The notes beneath the pieces are model-generated. The model saw only the letters and a list, made by a program, of their open reading frames with translations. It searched no databases and had not been told where the DNA came from. Below are positions 16,166 through 21,666 of a DNA stretch of 32,000 bases, piece by piece. Numbering within the stretch: the stretch's first letter is position 1; each line of letters starts with the position of its first letter. The position numbers and the translations under genes are program-made. Source of the stretch: Methanopyrus kandleri AV19 (GTDB lineage: Archaea > JAADCQ01 > Methanopyri > Methanopyrales > Methanopyraceae); the NCBI RefSeq assembly GCF_000007185.1, contig NC_003551.1, positions 1,620,001 to 1,652,000 on the forward strand, read 5' to 3'.

Positions 16166-16462
16166 GTGGTATGAGCGTTTACGTACTACTAGTCACAGGT
16201 ACTCATGTTGAAATAGCACTATATATGCATTGTTTACGCATTATTATGTGATAACAGTAATACAATCGTTATGGCCTCAAAGCAGTTACAAAATCGGCTA
16301 AATCAGGGTCTTGGATGTGGCGGTAGGTTAACCAGTACGAAGCCTGTCCTAGCGGTGAACGATCGTATTACTGGTACCTGACTACCGTATGTGTATAATG
16401 CGTGGATAGTACAGTTCCTACACGAGCGTCCGTGGACTACCGTACGTAAGTGCTCATACCAC
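16166..16462. repeat. AT-rich element bounded by a 21-nt imperfect inverted repeat (16166-16186 / 16442-16462)
   Basis: GTGGTATGAGCgtTTACGTAC versus GTACGTAAgtGCTCATACCAC is complementary at 19 of 21 positions. The interior is about 42% GC with a 60-nt core near 28% (hand count). It lies between two convergent stop codons. Confidence 0.7.
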
Positions 16463-16476
16463 TTGAAGACCTGACG

Positions 16477-17235
16477 TCACCCGCGCTGGAGTTTCCAGCG
16501 TTGGAACTCTAACCCCACGTCGGGTACCTCGTGTTTCTCGTCGAGGGATTTCCCGCGGTGGTGGATCACCTTCCTCAGGTAGCTCGAGTAGTGCGCGGGC
16601 CAGCCTCCTAGGGTCCTCACGGCGAAGGATTCCAACCTGTCGGGTAGTTCTTCGAGTAGATCCCGGATTCTTGGTGACTCGGAGGGTCTGGCGTCGAATG
16701 CTAGCGCGAGCCCGCGGGCGAGTACCCATCGGGCCTTCTTGTATGGCAAGTCCGAGACCTCGGTCAGGAGGGTCTTGAGCACCGAGCGGAGGTTGCGCAT
16801 GAGGTGTCGCGCGAGCTCCAGAACCTCTCTACGATCTAAAGAGACTAACCATTCAACAAAGGAAACGCTCTCGTTCTCGGGTTTGCCCAGGTAGAGCGTA
16901 CGACCGTGCTTGTGTCGGGGGTCACGCCTCCACCTCGCCACGTAGTACGGGCCGCACGTACTACCGTTGACGGTCCTGTAGGTTACCTCCAGGCTCGGCT
17001 TCTTCCTCCTACGGTGAACTTCCCTCAGGACTCGGAGCGCGCGGATCCGCTCGACCGGGTTGTAGGGTATGGGTGCGTGCGATCTAACCAACCCCGGCCC
17101 ACGATCCCGAGTACTGCCCCTAAGTTGTATGGAGGCATGGAGAGAACGGCACCCCGGGATATAAAGGTTGTCACCAGACCCTCCGAGCTGGACGAGCTCG
17201 GTGACTCGTACCATACAACTCCTGTGGGAAGGCAA
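16477..17235 (-). CDS. Hypothetical protein with GPYY...YLGK motif (resembles DUF6788-type proteins of mobile elements); start uncertain
   Basis: EVTYRTVNGSTCGPYYVARWRRDPRHKHGRTLYLGKPE resembles the HGPYWY..R..GK....YLGK motif. GC3 is lower than in neighbouring genes. An internal TATA-like TTTATATC (17165-17158) suggests the real start may be TTG 17091 (204 aa). Confidence 0.6.
   Translation of the reverse strand: MPSHRSCMVRVTELVQLGGSGDNLYIPGCRSLHASIQLRGSTRDRGPGLVRSHAPIPYNPVERIRALRVLREVHRRRKKPSLEVTYRTVNGSTCGPYYVARWRRDPRHKHGRTLYLGKPENESVSFVEWLVSLDRREVLELARHLMRNLRSVLKTLLTEVSDLPYKKARWVLARGLALAFDARPSESPRIRDLLEELPDRLESFAVRTLGGWPAHYSSYLRKVIHHRGKSLDEKHEVPDVGLEFQRWKLQRG
17158..17165 (-). promoter_or_regulatory. 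TATA box-like TTTATATC inside the 5' part of ORF 16477..17235
   Basis: Near-consensus archaeal TATA on the minus strand. The surrounding codons are GC3-poor. The next in-frame start (TTG 17091) is about 70 nt downstream. Confidence 0.35.
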
Positions 17236-17294
17236 CTCGGGCCCGGACGAGGGCGCACCCTCACGATACCGGGGGATGTCACGCCGAGCCGAAC

Positions 17295-18960
17295 TCAGCG
17301 GCGCTCGACGTCGACTACCCTATCGAGCACCAGGCCGCCCGGTAGACACCGCTCCTCGACGAACCGCTCGAACGCGTCCTTACCACCTCGGGCCCGGTAC
17401 CGCAGGTATGCACCCGCCCACAGCCCGAGCTCCCGCTTCCGGACCGAGTACTCGAAGGGAACGCGGGTGAGAAACCGCTCGACGTGTTCCCCTCTGAACC
17501 CTAACCCGAAAACGGATCGACGTCCATCTACCGAGGTTTCGTACGATCCAGCCTCAAGAACTCTCGCATACACGCCGGTCGTGCGCTTCAGCAGGCTACT
17601 AACCCCCTCCAGAAACTCAGATGACTCTCCCCAGGGCGACGCCTGAGCGATCCCTACCTCCACTCTGTTCTCACGAGCCGATATCCAACCGTCCGCCCCG
17701 AACAGACCAGACAGGAATTCTAATGCGACCCGATCCGGCCCTCGGCGAACTAAGCCGGGCACATGAACCCTCCCCGTCTTCCTCCCTTCCGGCATTCCCA
17801 GTCCTCTCAACAGCGCCGCGAATCCCTCCGAGTGCACCGCGACTTCGACCGCGTCCCTATCCCCGTACTCGTACCGCACCGGCGAGAGGCCGAGCGCGCG
17901 CAGATCGTCCTCGAGCCACCGCAGTCCCTCCGGCTCCCCGTAGAACGACGACGTCAGGCTCCAGATGGCCGTCGCCGATCGCGTACCCCAGAACCCGGGT
18001 CAACGTCGGTAGCGCCGGATCCTCCCACCTAAGCGGTAGTAAGTCCAGGTCCCGGAGGAACCTCCGAGCGCCCTCGGGTGCGTCGACGTCGGCGAGCAAC
18101 GTGCCCCGACGGTCGGCCGCCGGCGGCACCCCCACCGGGTACAGCACGACCCGATCGCCCGGCTTCAGGTCGCCCAGTCGGCGCTTATTCCGGGATGAAA
18201 CCCACATGTCCGCCGGACCCGCGATTTCGAACCCCAACTCGGTTCGGAGGACCAGTCCTTCATCGCCCGAGTCCGATACACCTACATCGCCCCATCGAGC
18301 CGGCCACTTTGTCGAGAGCTGGGTCTCGCGCCGGGCCAACTCGCGGAGCATCCGCCGTGCCCGCTCCGATTGCTCGGGATTGTACCGGAACTCGACCTCC
18401 GAGAGGAACCTCCGTAGGTCCCTCCGACCGCGGATCAGCACCTCCACGCGGGCGTACCGGTAGTGCCCCGATGAGACGTGGGACAGTCCGACGACCTCCG
18501 CGTCGACGTTCAGTGAGCCCAAAAGTCGGCACACGTCGAGCGCCAGGGACAGTAGATCCAGTTCTCGGTCCGCCCGAGCCCGGAGTTCCAACCGGACGGG
18601 TCGGGGACGGCTCCCGTCGAACCCGAGCACCCGACCACGCACGCTGTAGAGACCGGACAACAGCTCGCGCGCCGCCTCGGGATCCTCGAATACCCAGTTC
18701 GGGATCCCATCCACGGGGTCCGCGGACGCGCCCGCCATGATCAGCGCTCCGATGAGACGACCGTCTCGGGATTCCACGCTCGTCCACCGCTTGCCGCACC
18801 GAACAGACGGGTTCACCCCTAATCGACTCAGATCCGCGAGCAGCTCCGACGCACCTCCTATCGGGACCGAAAGACGCACGCGTGGTCGATCGCCGTCGCG
18901 GAACGTTCCCCGACCTAGCAGCACTCCGAACAATCTAGCGAGGATAAGCTCTGGGTTCAA
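17295..18960 (-). pseudogene. Free-standing LAGLIDADG-family protein with four LAGLIDADG-like motifs, split by an apparent +1 frameshift near 17941-17955
   Basis: ORF 17857..18960 contains LFGVLLGRGTF, LLSGLYSVRGRV and VLGYAIGDGHL. ORF 17295..17879 contains FLSGLFGADGWI. Upstream of its GTG, the frame of the second ORF reads ...FYGEPEGLRWLEDDLRALGLSPVRYEYG, which continues naturally from GDGHLEPDVVV. The tail of the first ORF after that point is Arg/Ala junk. Confidence 0.7.
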
Positions 18961-19063
18961 CGCGGGGGCCTCACGGTGAGGTGTCGGGAGGGTTTAATGG
19001 GAGGACGATCGCGGTTTGCCGACGTCCCCTTCTGTAATCCGGAAACCGTTCGTTTTGAAATTC

Positions 19064-19072
19064 GTAACGATT
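19064..19072 (-). other. Conserved tRNA 3'-trailer motif AATCGTTAC (+8 after CCA of tRNA-Phe)
   Basis: It is part of a 15-nt block, AGAATCGTTACGAAT, identical to the tRNA-Pro trailer. Confidence 0.6.
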
Positions 19073-19079
19073 CTGGGCT

Positions 19080-19188
19080 TGGTGCCGCGGCCGGGATTTG
19101 AACCCGGGCCCACCGGATGGCGGCGATCCCGCGGAATACCCGCGGGATCTCTTCAGTCCGGCGCTCTCCCAGGCTGAGCTGCCGCGGC
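19080..19188 (-). tRNA. tRNA-Phe (GAA), 109 nt, with a 32-nt intron at or next to position 37/38; CCA encoded; C at position 8
   Basis: Acceptor GCCGCGG/CCGCGGC, D arm GCUC-AGCCUGGGA-GAGC, anticodon stem CCGGA/UCCGG. The stem strands are separated by CUGAAG[AGAUCCCGCGGGUAUUCCGCGGGAUCGCCGCC]A. T arm CCCGG-GUUCAAAU-CCGGG, ACCA. Confidence 0.9.
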
Positions 19189-19199
19189 TTCGGCGTCAC

Positions 19200-19240
19200 G
19201 GCCGGCGACACATACTTTCTATTTAACTTTGTCGCCGGCC
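19200..19240 (-). promoter_or_regulatory. tRNA-Phe promoter region: TATA-like TTAAATAG (19219-19226) inside the loop of a perfect 10-bp inverted repeat GGCCGGCGAC/GTCGCCGGCC
   Basis: Arms at 19200-19209 and 19231-19240 with a 21-nt AT-rich spacer. The TATA centre lies about 34 nt upstream of the mature tRNA 5' end. Confidence 0.5.
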
Positions 19241-19420
19241 TGAAGGCTCGGATCGCCGACCCCGTGCTCGGCTTTCGCGGCGTCTGGCTATTTGTGCGGC
19301 TCTAGTTGGGAGATCGTTCGCGGGTTTCGGAGCCCGCACAGACGGCCCAGTCCGAGGGTATAGGTGTAAAGAACCGTCGAGGTCCGTCCGCGGGAACGGC
19401 GATCGGTGGGGTGTCCGGGC

Positions 19421-20485
19421 TTGTACCTGACGAAGGAGGAGGAGCGGATCCTGGACGGCGAGGAGGGTGAGCTGAAGGCTAAGCTCATGGAGGTATTGGT
19501 GAAGCTCGGGGACGTCTTCGACGCGGAGCGACTCGTGAGGCCCGCCTCGGTGCACGTGTCCGGGGTGTCGTACGGGACGATCGGCGACGCGGGGCTGAGG
19601 TTCCTGAGGAAGGTGGCGGAGGCCGGTCTGAGGGTTTCGGTCCCGACGAGCGTGAACCCGTGTGGCATCTGTCTGGACGGTAACCTCCCGGTGGACGAGG
19701 AGTTCGAGCGGAAGCAACGCGAGATCATGGACGCCCTGGAGTCGTTGGGCGTGGCCTCGGTGTACACGTGCGTACCGTACCAGCAGGGGTTCCAACCGTC
19801 GCGCGGCGACCTCCTGGCGTGGGGGGAGTCCTCCGCCGTCTTCGTGGCGAACACGTACTACGGTGCGCGGGCGAACCGGGAGGGGGCACCGGCGACGGTC
19901 GCGGCGGCGGTCGTGGGGAGGATCCCGGAGTACGGGATGCACCTGGACGAGAACCGGGTGGCGGAGTACGAGGTGGTCGTGGAGTTCGAGCCGCGGAACG
20001 ACTTCGAGTGGTCGGCGCTGGGGTACTACCTGGGGGAGGCGCTCGACGGGATCCCGGTGCTGAAGTTACCGACGGTTCCCTCGCTGTCGAACGTGAAGTA
20101 CATGGGAGCCGCGGCGGCGGCCTCGGGAGCGCTGGCTATGGCCTACATCCCGGGGATCACGCCGGAAGAGCCGCGGATGGACTGTCCCGAGCGAATCGAG
20201 GTGGAGCGGGAGGACGTGTTCGATCTCGTGGAGGAGCGGTTCGGGACGGAGCGTGAGGGGTTCGCGTTCACGGGGTGTCCTCACAGGCCTGACGGTGAGA
20301 TCCCGAGGTTCGACGGCTGTGCGATCTGCTGTCCGGCGAACGCGACGCTCGATGGGTACAGGCTCCGGGGGACGTGCCCCGTGGTCGCGCCGATCGAGGA
20401 CGTCCACGACGTGGTGTTCACGGACTCGCTGAAGGCCGCCCACTACCTGGCGTCACGGGTCGAGGTGAACGTGGGTCCGCTGTGA
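19421..20485 (+). CDS. Aconitase-X (DUF521) family protein, likely phosphomevalonate dehydratase large subunit of the archaeal mevalonate pathway
   Basis: MYLTKEEERILDGEEGE from TTG 19421 is the family N-terminus; the ORF is open from GTG 19406. Also ASVHVSGVSY, VNPCG, WGESSAVFVAN and IPEYGMHLDENR. The small subunit is not in this window. Confidence 0.8.
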   Translation: MYLTKEEERILDGEEGELKAKLMEVLVKLGDVFDAERLVRPASVHVSGVSYGTIGDAGLRFLRKVAEAGLRVSVPTSVNPCGICLDGNLPVDEEFERKQREIMDALESLGVASVYTCVPYQQGFQPSRGDLLAWGESSAVFVANTYYGARANREGAPATVAAAVVGRIPEYGMHLDENRVAEYEVVVEFEPRNDFEWSALGYYLGEALDGIPVLKLPTVPSLSNVKYMGAAAAASGALAMAYIPGITPEEPRMDCPERIEVEREDVFDLVEERFGTEREGFAFTGCPHRPDGEIPRFDGCAICCPANATLDGYRLRGTCPVVAPIEDVHDVVFTDSLKAAHYLASRVEVNVGPL

Positions 20486-20491
20486 TCGGGG

Positions 20492-20504
20492 AAAATCATA
20501 AGTA
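20492..20504 (+). promoter_or_regulatory. Weak TATA-like AAAATCATAAGTA upstream of tRNA-Pro
   Basis: This is the only AT-rich patch in the 46-nt gap. Its centre is about 34 nt upstream of the mature 5' end, the same spacing as for the other two tRNAs. Confidence 0.3.
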
Positions 20505-20531
20505 GGACGACGTCCGGGACGGCTTTGGGTC

Positions 20532-20609
20532 GGGGCCGTGGGGTAGCCTGGTCTATCCTTCCGGCTTTGGGGGCCGGAGACCCCGGTTCAAATCCGGGCG
20601 GCCCCACCA
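20532..20609 (+). tRNA. tRNA-Pro (UGG), 78 nt, CCA encoded, U at position 8
   Basis: Acceptor GGGGCCG/CGGCCCC, anticodon stem CCGGC/GCCGG, loop UUUGGGG, T arm CCCGG-UUCAAAU-CCGGG, ACCA. Confidence 0.95.
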
Positions 20610-20617
20610 ATTCTGAG

Positions 20618-20626
20618 AATCGTTAC
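20618..20626 (+). other. Conserved tRNA 3'-trailer motif AATCGTTAC (+9 after CCA of tRNA-Pro), forming the 5' arm of an 8-bp hairpin
   Basis: AATCGTTA (20618-20625) pairs with TAACGATT (20635-20642) across a 9-nt loop and is followed by TTT. Confidence 0.6.
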
Positions 20627-20673
20627 GAATATTATAACGATTTGGGATTTAAGAATTGATTGAGCGAACGAGG

Positions 20674-21513
20674 TTACCGACGTAGCTCGGGTAGCCGCAG
20701 TATCCTCGTGGCTCTGGTGAGATCCTTGATCCTCCACTCGGACTCCCCTAGTACACTCCGCTGAGCTTCACGCCAGCGGTACGTCAGCCTCGCCCTCCAG
20801 GAGTCCATGCGCTGCGCGTCCGTGTGGTACTCGTCGTCCTCGCTCATGAGTATCGGACGCTCGGGTTCCTCTGTCGGATCTACACCGGCCCATTCCGCCA
20901 GCTCTCGGAGTGCTTCCAGTCCTCGCTCGGTAATGGGGAACTCGATGGTTTCCTCCGGTTTCTCGACCCTCAGGCGGGGCTCGTCCGGCGTTTCTTCGAG
21001 CCAGGGCTCGCCGGGACACACATCCGCCCAGCGCATCCTCACTAGGTCCATCACGCTGATTCCCGATTCGGCGATGATGCGGAACGGCGCCCACCAGGAT
21101 GCGTCCTTGTTTTCTTTTGCCCACTCCTCGATCAAATCTACCAGCTCTAAAATTTCACGAGCGTCCTGCTCGGTCATCTCGGGCGATGCAGGCGATCCGT
21201 ACGCCTTCACGGTCAGGACGAGCAGTGGGTCCCTACCAACGGCTCGTAGGGCTTTAGTGAGCGCGTACCAGCACAGTCTACCCATTTCATGGTCCAACTC
21301 CATGTTACGGACTGACTCCACCAGCAAGTTACGGAGTTCGCGTGCTACCTCTAAAATCTCCTCGTCTGGGGCCTTCTCGAGCCACTCTTCCGGCTCCTCG
21401 TCCTCCAGGATCCTCCGGAGGAACTCATCCAGCCTCCGTAAAGCGAAGCGGTATGAGTGCCGGGTGTTTTCGTTGCGTACGTCCAGCAGATCCGCTAGCT
21501 TCTCCAAGGCCAC
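20674..21513 (-). CDS. Tyrosine-recombinase (integrase/Xer)-like protein, degenerate and C-terminally short
   Basis: NENTRHSYRFALRRLDEFL is a SAM-like N-domain. IIAESGISVMDLVRMRWADV aligns with the box I pattern TGxRxxEL..L.W.D, but Arg is replaced by Ser. IKDLTRATRIL aligns with HDLRHT. No downstream Tyr lies before the stop. GTG start. The gene sits 65 nt from tRNA-Pro. Confidence 0.5.
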   Translation of the reverse strand: MALEKLADLLDVRNENTRHSYRFALRRLDEFLRRILEDEEPEEWLEKAPDEEILEVARELRNLLVESVRNMELDHEMGRLCWYALTKALRAVGRDPLLVLTVKAYGSPASPEMTEQDAREILELVDLIEEWAKENKDASWWAPFRIIAESGISVMDLVRMRWADVCPGEPWLEETPDEPRLRVEKPEETIEFPITERGLEALRELAEWAGVDPTEEPERPILMSEDDEYHTDAQRMDSWRARLTYRWREAQRSVLGESEWRIKDLTRATRILRLPELRR

Positions 21514-21530
21514 GGGGGGCTCCCCCTACG

Positions 21531-21540
21531 TGAAAGTTTT
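21531..21540 (-). promoter_or_regulatory. TATA-like TAAAACTTTC about 22 nt upstream of the integrase-like start, flanked by two TACGTG repeats
   Basis: Plus strand reads cTACGTGaaagttttTACGTGg (21527-21545). The spacing suggests a leaderless or near-leaderless transcript. Confidence 0.35.
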
Positions 21541-21666
21541 ACGTGGCGTCCGGATGGGCCCCGGCTCCCAGCCGTGGCGCCGTCACGCCATCAGCACATT
21601 AGCCGTTGTGCTATATTAGTTATGTTGAACACCGAGAACCCGACATAACCGAAGGGGTATCGCGAC

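Noticed and set aside
16139-16476. Replication origin (AT-rich DUE flanked by inverted ORB-like elements)
   Set aside because: This is not excluded but is unsupported. There is no orc1/cdc6 or other replication gene adjacent and no multi-copy ORB-like repeat. The inverted repeat is a single pair better explained as element termini or an RNA stem. It is kept only as an alternative in the finding.
17621-18979. Plus- and minus-strand Arg/Pro-rich ORFs (17621..18463, 18078..18740, 18260..18799, 18510..18710, 18737..18979)
   Set aside because: These are off-frame or antisense shadows of the LAGLIDADG gene with extreme Arg/Pro/Ser composition.
18957-19305. ORFs 18957..19211 (minus) and 19117..19305 (plus)
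   Set aside because: They run straight through tRNA-Phe and its promoter, and their translations are not protein-like.
19223-20443. ORFs 19223..19942, 19288..19854, 19662..20063, 19768..20256 and 20066..20443
   Set aside because: These are shadows of the AcnX/DUF521 gene, whose frame carries the family N-terminus and conserved blocks.
20807-21619. 270-aa Ser-rich plus-strand ORF
   Set aside because: It is antisense to the integrase-like gene. Roughly 30% Ser low-complexity content is typical of a mirror frame of a Glu/Leu/Arg-rich gene.
20610-21666. SSV-type integration in which the integrase gene is split by insertion into the tRNA
   Set aside because: The integrase-like ORF stops 65 nt short of tRNA-Pro and does not overlap it. 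No second int fragment or duplicated tRNA segment was found in the window.
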